Notes under the pieces: model-generated
Database searches by the model: none
What the model was told of the DNA's origin: nothing
Seen by the model: the letters and a program-made list of their open reading frames with translations, nothing else
Assembly: GCA_019057385.1 (NCBI GenBank)
Contig: JAHQJS010000007.1
Location: 256,001 to 320,000, forward strand
DNA length: 64,000 nt
Source: Candidatus Borrarchaeum weybense
GTDB lineage: Archaea > Asgardarchaeota > Sifarchaeia > Borrarchaeales > Borrarchaeaceae
Direction of reading: 5' to 3'
Made by a program: the position numbers and the translations under genes
Shown here: piece by piece, positions 42,701 through 51,535 of the stretch
How positions within the stretch are numbered: position 1 is the stretch's first letter
How the letters are laid out: the number at the start of each line of letters is the position of its first letter

Positions 42701-43258
42701 ATCAATACTAAGAATTCGGGCTTCAATTTCATTTATCTCAGCATCGAATCTTGCCGTACCTGCAATACTTTCAAGCAACTGTCTTCGACTATCCGGATCT
42801 TCTGTAGCACGTTCAACAATTCTCCCCTGCTTGATGATATTATAACCTTCTGCTGTAATTCCTGCTTTTGCAAGGCACTCAAGAATTTCTGTAAGAGATA
42901 TAGCCTCATCATCTAGCTTATAGACACTATAGTGAGATCCCTTCGGCGTCAATCGAATTTGACGTAGTACTGTAATTTCATCTTTGTCTAAAGGGATCCT
43001 TCTGTCACTGTTGTCAAAAGTTATTTTTACTTCGGCAGAATTAGTCAAATATTTTCCAGCACGACGAGTGATTACTTCGAGGACCTTATCGGTTCTTTCG
43101 TCGCGACCACCAAGGACAAATGAAATGCCGTCTAAGATGTTTGATTTCCCAGACCCATTAGCTCCTTGTATCAGGGTAAAGCCTTTTGTGAATCTGATCT
43201 CTCGTGAACCATAAAAGGATTTATAATTCGTAAAGGTCATGCTTTTTAAATAGACCAT
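39722..43258 (-). CDS. smc: Chromosome segregation protein SMC
   Basis: GANGSGKSN, long coiled coils, hinge (GVLGTLIELI), LSGGEKS and LLDEID; ATG 43258 preferred, TTG 43270 possible. Confidence 0.95.
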   Translation of the reverse strand: MVYLKSMTFTNYKSFYGSREIRFTKGFTLIQGANGSGKSNILDGISFVLGGRDERTDKVLEVITRRAGKYLTNSAEVKITFDNSDRRIPLDKDEITVLRQIRLTPKGSHYSVYKLDDEAISLTEILECLAKAGITAEGYNIIKQGRIVERATEDPDSRRQLLESIAGTARFDAEINEIEARILSIDDKLQQLDLYLGDSYRILEGLEKEKNRTLEFEEIDKRLRKHKVLRFRHMRQHHKNEHEKLNKIKEEQEHKKEILTKKIEKYAENTQILQTQKEALEAEERRIEKNKAKASGIIEGFKSELNRLKNESKVLDLRISQIKTQNEQLNSEIETINQEIEKLHKLFEKKNAQKSDLDSELNSLTEKTKEFEEMFETAKKENETLVQNQLEIKKKKDALNYSIKILNNELGNLAKIIDEKTRQKEKAFKTLNNKKIELEKSKQEIITLEERFDNESKELDQISKKIEPLNQEVENIQVEIATIQTKYNELKEERNTLQELIKEGKIKYDKAVEAVLQARNSGHIQGVLGTLIELIEEVDTQFVDIIESAIGPDKLQALVVEDENLTEIIEFLHREKIPRVVLLPLRNLNGNESGRSFPEETKDYQKIKDLVTFKPGYEHLKENVFGDILVIEDLPTALSFSDFGAITLNKDLILNGAIISGNMDSRFLTTKYNKEKLEKLKQELLETETKLEEIKNKLNIKKKTFNDLEKKKSTLQGNLGSIRGKKSTLTEVQNQILNEVALLNEELETIDKEIETIKKEKDGKDIELKNTENNFEMIQEAAQVIEEEIKKTQFQELKESLENIRKELLNTERSILTTEKEIAKLENKQENTEMMKETKELQIKDNSEKINAAKNDQTQLSDKIKEINEQILKHEEEISILEDERLALKSKLNNLVTLIKTEVKTEEKLVNERNELDKKLYQHQINISSSQQEINRIDEEIRKLNIQVPEDDIQTLEDVLKNIEQLEKEIGKLGPVDPNAIKKYDMEAKRRKDLFQEKKQVEIEKKEIVKSLEEIQNQKKILFLNTFEKINRHFGEIFKVLHGGGSAKLVLLNKKDPLAGGVNIEVDVGAGKISKLIQLSGGEKSATVIALILAIQAYEPAPLYLLDEIDMHLDDVHSENLGKLLAGYSENAQYLVITPRNEYLRTHADRVYSLWKEKGVTQVVCRKIDDYSFLEASV

Positions 43259-43271
43259 AATAGACCACAAT

Positions 43272-44504
43272 TCAAGATTTATTATTTACAAACGTGAATT
43301 CATCAGCAACTTTTTCTAATAATTCCCTGTCAAATGCAACAACTCTTCCTTTCTTAGAAAGCTTTGGGAAAAGCATTGTAAAATATTTCTTTGCTAACAC
43401 CTTTTTTACCACATCTTCGTCCATTCCAGTAATATGGGCAATTTCATGTAAAGCGTATGGACGACGATCCTTTTCAAAACGTTCAAAAAATCGTATAACA
43501 AACTCACGGTTATCAGAAAATGCAAGTCTCAAAGCATTATGTATCATTTGACTAGTTGCACTAATCATCCATTTTAAGCGCGTTACTTCAATTTCCAGAG
43601 CTTCCAGTTTCTGAGGAGGTTCAACATTTTCTTCGTTATCATTTTTTTTACATATCTTTGTAGTACTTGTCTGCAAACCGCCATGATTTATGTTTACGAG
43701 TTGTTGATATGACTCCTCAAGATCTTTTTCAATTATTTCCTTCCTATTTTCATAAATTGCCTGATATGCAGCCCCTTGAACAAGTTTTTTAAGATCTTCT
43801 CCAGAAAAGCCGCCTGTTACTTCATCTGACGAATAATTATGAAGAAGATTTTCTAAATCAATTGTGGAGTCAAGCTTCGTTTTTTCAAGATATTTCTTCA
43901 ATAAATTATATCGCACATTTTCGTCTAATTCATCAATAACAATCTGATAATCGAAGAAGTTGAGAAGCCCTTCTTCTTTAATCGGGTAACTAATAACTGC
44001 GACTAAAAGTCTAGGATCGTTTTTGTAAATAACATTAAATTCTTTTATAAATTGGTAAATGATTCTGCGAATACTTTCAATATCATCCATAGTAAATAAG
44101 TCAGTTGGTTCGAAATCCTCTAAAAGTATGATACATGGGCCAATATCTTTTACAACGGTATGAAGTCTATTTAAAATCAGTTTGATGTCGGTTGGGTTAG
44201 GAAATGTAATGAGTAGATCTGCAACATTCATTTCAACAAGAGGTAGTTTTTCCTTTTTTGCTAGTGCTTTTACAAGTGAAGTTTTGCCCATACCAGGTAA
44301 ACCGACAATAAGTGCAGTCCCTCCTGCTTTTATCTCCCATTCCTTTAGTTGTTCTACATTATCTTTGTGAATTGTCTTGATAATGCTTATAAGTTGCTTC
44401 TTTGCTTCTTCAAGACCAATAATTTCATCGATAGCCTCGGTATGTATTTCTTCTTCTGGGAGATATACTCGGAATCCCTCTTTTAATGCTTGGCTTTCTG
44501 TCAG
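43272..44504 (-). CDS. AAA+ ATPase with C-terminal HTH-like extension, probable CTG start
   Basis: The track starts inside Walker A (GLPGMGKT). The frame is open 71 codons further (DEIIGLEEAKKQL) to a CTG with GGGGTG 6 nt upstream. Confidence 0.8.
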   Translation of the reverse strand: MTESQALKEGFRVYLPEEEIHTEAIDEIIGLEEAKKQLISIIKTIHKDNVEQLKEWEIKAGGTALIVGLPGMGKTSLVKALAKKEKLPLVEMNVADLLITFPNPTDIKLILNRLHTVVKDIGPCIILLEDFEPTDLFTMDDIESIRRIIYQFIKEFNVIYKNDPRLLVAVISYPIKEEGLLNFFDYQIVIDELDENVRYNLLKKYLEKTKLDSTIDLENLLHNYSSDEVTGGFSGEDLKKLVQGAAYQAIYENRKEIIEKDLEESYQQLVNINHGGLQTSTTKICKKNDNEENVEPPQKLEALEIEVTRLKWMISATSQMIHNALRLAFSDNREFVIRFFERFEKDRRPYALHEIAHITGMDEDVVKKVLAKKYFTMLFPKLSKKGRVVAFDRELLEKVADEFTFVNNKS

Positions 44505-44933
44505 TTCTTACACCCCATTGAAAGAATTCTTGCTGAACGAGCTCCAATCTATTATCTTCAGAATATATCTGATAGATCCCTACAAACTTTAAAAATCTTC
44601 TATAAAAAAACTATATATCATTTTGAGTCCTTTACATTCCAAAAAAATTCTGACATTAAGTTTAATTTATGTTTAACTGAAATGAACAGTATAGTACATA
44701 AAAAAATAGTCAATTTGTCGCCCTTTCGTTTGGAGAAATTTACATGAAATTGTCATATAAAAGGATTTCAGAACTTGCATACAGCAAAAACTGTACTATT
44801 TTTCTTTGGAAAGGAAGTGTTTTGATGATACGGAGCCTTTAGCGAAAAATATATCTTATTTTTCATCTCATATTGTCTTTGATTGTCTTTGAAAATTCGT
44901 GATGCCGTTTTTTAATGGCAGCAGACGTTTACT

Positions 44934-45398
44934 TCATGTAAGTAAGTCTTCAATGAGCTTTTCTCTAGCAGTTTTTAAAGTAATCCCACTCATACCAACA
45001 ATTTCATCGATTTCAGCATTTAGTTGCTCTAGAAGTGAAATTTCTACTAAATCGCCTTTAATTCCAGCAAATTTTGCAGAGAATTTTTCCCAAATTTGCT
45101 GAGCTAACAACAGTGTTTTGGTTTTCAAAAACTCATAAGGCACGTTTTGATCGTCAACAGTAATTACTACTAAATGATTATTCTCAAATGGAAAAATGAA
45201 TGTCCTATATCCTTGACATTTAAATTCCTCAAGAACCAATCCAAAAGAGCATCTAACAAATTCTGAAATTGCTGAAATAAAGCTACCAAGTAGTTCTGGA
45301 TTAGTTTCCAGTTGCCAATAAGATCGATTGAATACACATATGCCTCCTTCTTGAAGTATTGCAATTACTTGTGTCATATTCTCGCCTCTTATAATCAT
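44934..45398 (-). CDS. Longin-like domain protein (Asgard-type eukaryotic signature protein)
   Basis: GICVFNRSY...PELLGSFISAISEF...LEEF pattern. Confidence 0.65.
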   Translation of the reverse strand: MIIRGENMTQVIAILQEGGICVFNRSYWQLETNPELLGSFISAISEFVRCSFGLVLEEFKCQGYRTFIFPFENNHLVVITVDDQNVPYEFLKTKTLLLAQQIWEKFSAKFAGIKGDLVEISLLEQLNAEIDEIVGMSGITLKTAREKLIEDLLT

Positions 45399-45716
45399 TA
45401 AGTAGTATACTATAATATCTCTAAGATCGTATTCCCCTGATCGAATGAAATCTTCTTATCAAATCTATAGCTTAGATCAATCTCACATTATTCTTGGAGC
45501 TATTATTTAAGAATTTTCTCAGAAAATCTTCCGCGAGAAGATTTAGACTTCACTTAAAGAAACAGGTTATATGTCGACAATTGAGCCTGCTCCTTCTATT
45601 TTAATATTTATACGAATTCATATTGTACTAGATTTTTCTAAAATATAATGTAAAGATTTGGATCACCAAAAGGACTAAATATTTGTTCTTAATAAAACCG
45701 TAAAATAAATTCAAAG

Positions 45717-46409
45717 ATGATGCATATGCAAATTTCAGATGTTAAAATAAAGAAAGATATAGAAATTCAACCAAACGATGCTCTAATTATAATCGATATG
45801 CAAAATGATTTTATGCCTTCTGGAGCCTTACCTGTTGCAGAAGGAGATATTATTATATCTGATGTTAATCAATTAGCTGAAAAATTTCACAATACTGGAA
45901 ATTGTATTGTCCTAACCCAAGATTGGCATCCTACAGGTCATCATTCTTTTGCAAGCGCGCATGAGGGAAAAGAACCTTATGAACCATATTCTACGGAAGG
46001 AATTGGTCCGATCCTTTGGCCTGATCATTGTGTTCAAGGTACTACTGGCGCAGATTTCCATCCTGACTTAGATACTACGTTTTCAAATGCCATTATCCAC
46101 AAAGGAACTAATCCAAAGATTGATAGTTATTCAGCCTTTTTAGAAAATGATAAAAAGACTGAAACAGGTCTTTCAGGATATTTACGTACTTTAGGTGTTA
46201 AGAGGATCTTTGTTTGTGGCTTAGCATTAGACTATTGTGTCTTCTCAAGTGCAATAGATGGAAAAAAACTAGAATTTGAAGTTGTGTTTGTTATTGATCT
46301 TACTAAGCCTGTTGGAGCACCCGAAGGTATTGTTTCAAATGTATTGGAAGAAATGACAAAAGAAGGTATTATATTTACAAACTCAGGAGAAATTCAAAAA
46401 CATCAATAG
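45717..46409 (+). CDS. pncA: Nicotinamidase/pyrazinamidase
   Basis: IDMQNDF, QDWHP, WPDHCVQG, DSYSAF, GLALDYCV. Confidence 0.93.
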   Translation: MMHMQISDVKIKKDIEIQPNDALIIIDMQNDFMPSGALPVAEGDIIISDVNQLAEKFHNTGNCIVLTQDWHPTGHHSFASAHEGKEPYEPYSTEGIGPILWPDHCVQGTTGADFHPDLDTTFSNAIIHKGTNPKIDSYSAFLENDKKTETGLSGYLRTLGVKRIFVCGLALDYCVFSSAIDGKKLEFEVVFVIDLTKPVGAPEGIVSNVLEEMTKEGIIFTNSGEIQKHQ

Positions 46410-46563
46410 ACCACCTTGTAGTTGTTCCATACAAGTTAACTTTCCAATTCTTTTATCTAATTGCTTCTAGTAGCTTAGAGTTGTTCAGAAGATTTTTTGT
46501 ATGAAAAGATTTTTAAAGTTTGTAAGATAGCGATGTTTAATAAAAATGTAGAGGCATCAAATA

Positions 46564-47073
46564 TTGTATCCCTTTGGTCATCTTGGATTTACTCTTGCCT
46601 TTTTCCATTCGTCATCTTCTCTACGCGAAAAAATCAATTCGTATGCCCTAGCTTTTGGGGCTCTTCTTCCTGATATTATTGACAAGAGTTTTGGTCAATT
46701 TGTTTTTCAGCATGGTAGATTCATTGGCCATAGTCTAGTTATTGGTACTACTATATGTTTCCTAGTTGGCATTTTACTGAAATCTTTTGGAAAAGACAAA
46801 CGATTAGCCTCATCACTATATTTTGGTTGGATTGCTCATTTAATTGAAGATACTGGTGGTTTTCTCCCTTGGCTCTATCCGATTATTCAATACGACTTCC
46901 CGTATTCAACATTGGACCCATTTAGGATTTTATCTTCACCTTACGCCCTTACTTGCGAAGTAATGGGTATTATTTTGCTTGGACTTCTTGCCTACAGGTA
47001 TGGTTATATAACTATCATTAAAGAGCATGGTCTTGGTGCTCTTATTCGCGTATTCTTAGACGATTTGAAGTGA
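46564..47073 (+). CDS. Membrane metal-dependent hydrolase (YdjM-like)
   Basis: MYPFGH, GALLPDIIDK, GHSL and HLIED; the stop codon comes from the adjacent IS end. Confidence 0.8.
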   Translation: MYPFGHLGFTLAFFHSSSSLREKINSYALAFGALLPDIIDKSFGQFVFQHGRFIGHSLVIGTTICFLVGILLKSFGKDKRLASSLYFGWIAHLIEDTGGFLPWLYPIIQYDFPYSTLDPFRILSSPYALTCEVMGIILLGLLAYRYGYITIIKEHGLGALIRVFLDDLK

Positions 47074-47384
47074 GCGACCTCGTGCTAAAGCCTCGAGGCT
47101 TCCTGCTTCAACGACAGACTCGATCCCCTGGCGGGTTACGGAGGTCTTATCTCCACAGGCTTAACATCCCTACGCCCCGTAGGTACGGCTAACGATGGTG
47201 AGGCAATCGGAGTATGCACCTTGTTTGCAAGTGTGCGCATTATCCCTCCAATTGTTATTGATACCTTCCTCATACCACCTATATAACGTTAAGGAGACCC
47301 ATCGATGCACGTGATGAAAGTGAATACTCACTCACGCAATTCATCACCACGCTGAAGCTGTGGTGCTTTCTTTCTCAGCTACTA
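47070..47384 (-). mobile_element. Non-autonomous IS200/IS605 derivative, family A copy 3 (internally deleted tnpB)
   Basis: TTAC at the left junction (47385-47388); right end ...ggtcgcTCAC; keeps a TATA, an SD and the mini-ORF MRTLANKVH...VPTGRRDVKPVEIRPP. Confidence 0.85.
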
Positions 47385-47520
47385 GTAAACCATACTGCCC
47401 AAAAGGAAGGAATCTCCTTGAGTATCATTCTTAAACGGAGCTTATTTATAAACGCCTTTTACAATATGTGAGTATTGCTCTAACAAAAGCATAAAATAGG
47501 TATTTGGAGGTGTTCCTAAA

Positions 47521-48174
47521 GTGGTAGAAGTTATTTGGCATGGACATTCATGCTTTGAATTGCGAGGAAATGGTCTAACAATCGTTCATGATCCTTTTGG
47601 GAGTGTTCCGGGAATTGCTGATCCTAAAGCTGAAGCGGACATAATTCTGTGCTCACATTCACATTGGGATCATAATAACGCAGATGCGGTTAAGAAGGAA
47701 GATTCAGAAATTTTGGAAGAATTTGCTGGGACAAAGAATCTAAAAAGACTTGAAATTAGGGGAATTGGGACATTTCATGACGAGAAGAGAAAAGGTTCAC
47801 GAGGAAAAAATAGTGTTTATGTTTATCAATTGGAAAGTGTAACTTTTTGCCATCTAGGCGATTTAGGTCATGACCTGAATGATGAAGAGGTTAGTGCAAT
47901 AGGGCAAGTCGATGTATTATTTATACCAGTGGGTGGGTTTTTCACTATTGGACCTGATGTTGCTACTTCAGTAGTAGTTAAGCTAAATCCAAGAATAAAT
48001 ATTCCAATGCATTATCGAGCTCCCATGATGGGTGGAATGTTTAGCTCTTTAAAGCCTGTAGATGATTTTATTAAAGATAAGGAAAACATTCAACAATTAG
48101 ATGGGCCATCAATTCAAATTACAAAAGATACACTTCCAGAAGTGACTACGCATATTTTACTCAAATTCTGGTAA
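47521..48174 (+). CDS. MBL-fold metallohydrolase
   Basis: WHGHSCF, SHSHWDH, HLGDLG, IPMHY. Confidence 0.9.
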   Translation: MVEVIWHGHSCFELRGNGLTIVHDPFGSVPGIADPKAEADIILCSHSHWDHNNADAVKKEDSEILEEFAGTKNLKRLEIRGIGTFHDEKRKGSRGKNSVYVYQLESVTFCHLGDLGHDLNDEEVSAIGQVDVLFIPVGGFFTIGPDVATSVVVKLNPRINIPMHYRAPMMGGMFSSLKPVDDFIKDKENIQQLDGPSIQITKDTLPEVTTHILLKFW

Positions 48175-48241
48175 CTAATTCAGAGCTCAAACTTTTTCTT
48201 TTTTTAAACAAATCTTGAAGTCTGCGCGTATAGTGCTATTT

Positions 48242-48652
48242 TCATATCTCTTGGAAAACTTTCGCAAGGGATTCACCTCGAACGTGGATCGAAAATTCAT
48301 AAAAGTATCCAAAAGGTGTGACATGCACTTTTATGCCTCGTTTTTCCAGTTTTTCTTTAACAACCTTAAAAACTTCCATTGCGAATTCTGGAGATGATTT
48401 ATTTGATGATAGATGGGCAAATGAATGTAAAACCACTATATTTTTATCAATCTTATTTAGATACCACCTTAAATTTCTAACTGTACGGTTTATTACTTTA
48501 TTCTTTCTGTCCTCATCTTTAGATTCAACGTGAATGAAAAAAACAGCGGTATTTTCTATCTTCTCTTCTTTTTTTATATCATCTACATTTTCTAAAGTTT
48601 TCTTAAAAGTTTTGTACCAGAAATATTCAGTATCGAACATCAGTATCTTCAT
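48242..48652 (-). CDS. Stand-alone archaeal ThrRS editing-domain protein
   Basis: HSFAHLS and TPFGYFYEF motifs. Confidence 0.85.
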   Translation of the reverse strand: MKILMFDTEYFWYKTFKKTLENVDDIKKEEKIENTAVFFIHVESKDEDRKNKVINRTVRNLRWYLNKIDKNIVVLHSFAHLSSNKSSPEFAMEVFKVVKEKLEKRGIKVHVTPFGYFYEFSIHVRGESLAKVFQEI

Positions 48653-48789
48653 ATTAAAACCTCAAAATTGCCTAAACTCAATAATATTTCACGTTCCATT
48701 TCGCTTTTTGAATGAATTAGTTAATAGCCAAAAACATATCAACTTTGACACCAATTATCGGTATAATTTAAAAAAGGAAGGATCAATGT

Positions 48790-49983
48790 ATGGATTCAGC
48801 TAAACTTCAAAGATATTGTGGTATATCTCGAAACATAGAAGAATCTTTTATTAATATTCACCCGATTCAGAGAGGTGGCGTATTAACTGCTGAAGCCAAG
48901 AAAGTTCTATTGGATTTCGGTGATGGCTATTCAATGTGTGATTTCTGTTTCGAAGCACGAATTGTTACTGTTAAGAAACCACCTGTTGTAGATTTTATAC
49001 AGGATCTAGCAAAATTTCTAGATGTTGATGAAGTGCGACCAACTGCAGGAGCAAGACATGCAAAAAGAGCTGTGATGGAGGCTATAACCGAACCTGGAGA
49101 CACAATAGTCCTTGATAGTTTGGCACATTATACCACTTATATTACAGCAGAAGCGGCAAAACTGAATGTTAAAGAGGTTCCTCATAGTGGATATCCTGAT
49201 TTTCTGCTAAATGTAGAAGATTATGCAGCAAAAATTGAAGAAGTTGAGGATTCAACGGGTAAACTCCCTGCCCTTGTAGTTTTAACGCATGTAGATTATA
49301 ATTATGGCAACCTAAGTGATGTTAAAAGTGTTGCTGAGATCTCACACAAATATGGAGTCCCCTTCTTACTAAATGGAGCATATACTGTCGGCATTATGCC
49401 TGTCTCAGGTCGCAATTTAGGTGTAGACTTTCTTGTAGCTAGCGGTCACAAATCGATGAGCGCTTCAGCTCCAATTGGGTTGCTTGGAACGACATCAGAA
49501 TGGGCAGAAAAGATCTTCGAGAGATCGAAAATAAAAGGAGACTGGAGTGGAAGGACTTTTGGGGCAAAAGAAATTCATATTTTGGGTTGTCCGCCTGTCT
49601 TTGGACCACCTTTAGCAACTTTGATGGCAAGTTTTCCAAAAGTTGTTGAACGCGTTAAGCATTGGGACAAGGAAGTTGAAAAAGCCCGTTACTTTTCAGA
49701 AAGCATACAAAAAATTGATGGAATTAAACAACTTGGAATTAAACCAAAGGAGCATACTTTAGTCCATTTTGAGAGCCCAAGTTTTCATGATGTTGCTCAA
49801 CATCATAAAAGGAAAGGATTCTTCATTTATGACGCACTTAAAAAAAGAAAAATAATGGGAGTCCATCCAGGGCTTTCAAAAAGCTTCAAAGTCAATACTT
49901 TCAATCTTTCATGGGACCAAATTAAGTATGTGGTCGAAACCTTTCAGGAAATTGCGGAACAAAATGGTATCACAGTTCAATAA
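48790..49983 (+). CDS. pscS: Sep-tRNA:Cys-tRNA synthase (SepCysS)
   Basis: INIHPIQRGG, DGYSMCDFC, SGHKSM, LGC. Confidence 0.93.
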   Translation: MDSAKLQRYCGISRNIEESFINIHPIQRGGVLTAEAKKVLLDFGDGYSMCDFCFEARIVTVKKPPVVDFIQDLAKFLDVDEVRPTAGARHAKRAVMEAITEPGDTIVLDSLAHYTTYITAEAAKLNVKEVPHSGYPDFLLNVEDYAAKIEEVEDSTGKLPALVVLTHVDYNYGNLSDVKSVAEISHKYGVPFLLNGAYTVGIMPVSGRNLGVDFLVASGHKSMSASAPIGLLGTTSEWAEKIFERSKIKGDWSGRTFGAKEIHILGCPPVFGPPLATLMASFPKVVERVKHWDKEVEKARYFSESIQKIDGIKQLGIKPKEHTLVHFESPSFHDVAQHHKRKGFFIYDALKKRKIMGVHPGLSKSFKVNTFNLSWDQIKYVVETFQEIAEQNGITVQ

Positions 49984-50079
49984 TAGGCTATTCTGAGAAT
50001 AAAACTTATGTGGGAGAAAATCTCCTTCCAGCATACAGATGAGTTCCCTTTGTTATTGCCGCAAGTAAAGGACTTTTAT

Positions 50080-51458
50080 AATATCTCCGCAAGAAGACCC
50101 ACCCAACGTGTTGGGGGGATGAAGTGCGTGTTGTGACTGGTTTCACTTTCACGGTAGTGTCCCCCAGTTTAAATAGCTGTTTGCGGATACTAACTATCGT
50201 TAGTGATATGAAGCTCAGGGGAACAGAGGAAGACCTGTGATGAAACGCACGTACAAATTTCGCCTGTATCCCACCGCACTGCAACAGGCGACCTTAAGGC
50301 AATGGCTGACTACCTGTCGCCTGTTGTATAATAACGCGCTTGCCGAACGAAAAGAGACCTGGCACAGGCAGCAACAGTCAGTCAGTTATTATGAGCAAGC
50401 CAGCCACTTGAAAGCGGCAAAACAGACCGATCAGTTGTTGCAGGAGATGCATTCGCAGGTACTACAAGACGTGCTTAGAAGACTGGATAAGACCTTTAAG
50501 AATTTTTTTCGGCGAATTAAAAAGGGGGAACACGCTGGCTACCCACGCTTTAAAGGGAAATACCGGTATGATTCCTTCACCTACCCACAAAGTGGGTTCG
50601 CCCTCGATTACCACAACAAGAAACTTCGGCTCTCGAAAATTGGAGATATCACGATTAAATTACACCGTCCTATCCCTTCTGAAGGCGTGATCAAGACCTG
50701 TACCATTACACGCGATATTGACCACTGGTATGCCTGTTTTGCAGTAGCACTTCCTGATCCTGCTCCTGGAACTCAGCAAAGAGCCATAAAGAGCGCGATA
50801 GGTGTGGATGTGGGGCTTAAGAGTTTACTGACGTTAAATAATGGAGAAACAATAGCTAACCCACGCTGGTTCAGAAAATCGGAGAAGAAATTAGCCAAAG
50901 AACAGCGAAGGAAAGATAGGAAGCAGAAAGGGTCACATAATCGTCATAAACAGAACAGGAAGGTGGCACAGGTGCACCGGAAGATCCGCAACCAACGGAA
51001 TGACTTTCATCACAAGCTCAGTCGGAAACTGGTCGATGCCTATGACCTCATCGTCTATGAGAATCTTACCATTACCAACATGGTGAAAAACCATCATCTC
51101 GCCAAGTCGATTAGTGACGCCGGCTGGGGGCAACTCATGTGTTTTACCGAGTACAAAGCGGAGGAAGCTGGTACTGTAGTAGAATATGTGAGTGCCTATA
51201 ATACCACACAACTGTGTAGCCAGTGCGGGAAGCTGGTGCCGAAAACCCTGGCAACACGAATCCACAGTTGCCCTTACTGTGGACTGGTGTTAGCGAGAGA
51301 TCATAATTCAGCCATCACGGTGTTACACCGATCAACCCACTATATAGAAGCACGCTCATCATCATCAGGGCAGGAACTGCCCGTAGAGCCTGGTTGACAT
51401 GTCCCGCTGGGGAATGGATGATTCAGGAAGCCACCCTACTTGTTGGGTGGTAGTTCAC
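50080..51458 (+). mobile_element. IS200/IS605 (IS1341-type, tnpB only) element
   Basis: Left-end hairpin after TTAT; right end caggaagccacccta...gggtggtagtTCAC; higher GC than flanks; no tnpA. Confidence 0.88.
50237..51397 (+). CDS. tnpB: TnpB RNA-guided endonuclease
   Basis: YKFRLYPT; RuvC residues in GVDVG, VYENL and RDHNSA; CSQC/CPYC zinc ribbon. Confidence 0.95.
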   Translation: MMKRTYKFRLYPTALQQATLRQWLTTCRLLYNNALAERKETWHRQQQSVSYYEQASHLKAAKQTDQLLQEMHSQVLQDVLRRLDKTFKNFFRRIKKGEHAGYPRFKGKYRYDSFTYPQSGFALDYHNKKLRLSKIGDITIKLHRPIPSEGVIKTCTITRDIDHWYACFAVALPDPAPGTQQRAIKSAIGVDVGLKSLLTLNNGETIANPRWFRKSEKKLAKEQRRKDRKQKGSHNRHKQNRKVAQVHRKIRNQRNDFHHKLSRKLVDAYDLIVYENLTITNMVKNHHLAKSISDAGWGQLMCFTEYKAEEAGTVVEYVSAYNTTQLCSQCGKLVPKTLATRIHSCPYCGLVLARDHNSAITVLHRSTHYIEARSSSSGQELPVEPG

Positions 51459-51535
51459 ATCCGTCGTACTATGTGCTTTTCGAAAACTTATTATATTCAA
51501 ACTTTTTATCATGTTACAAATCGTAAGGAGGAAAA

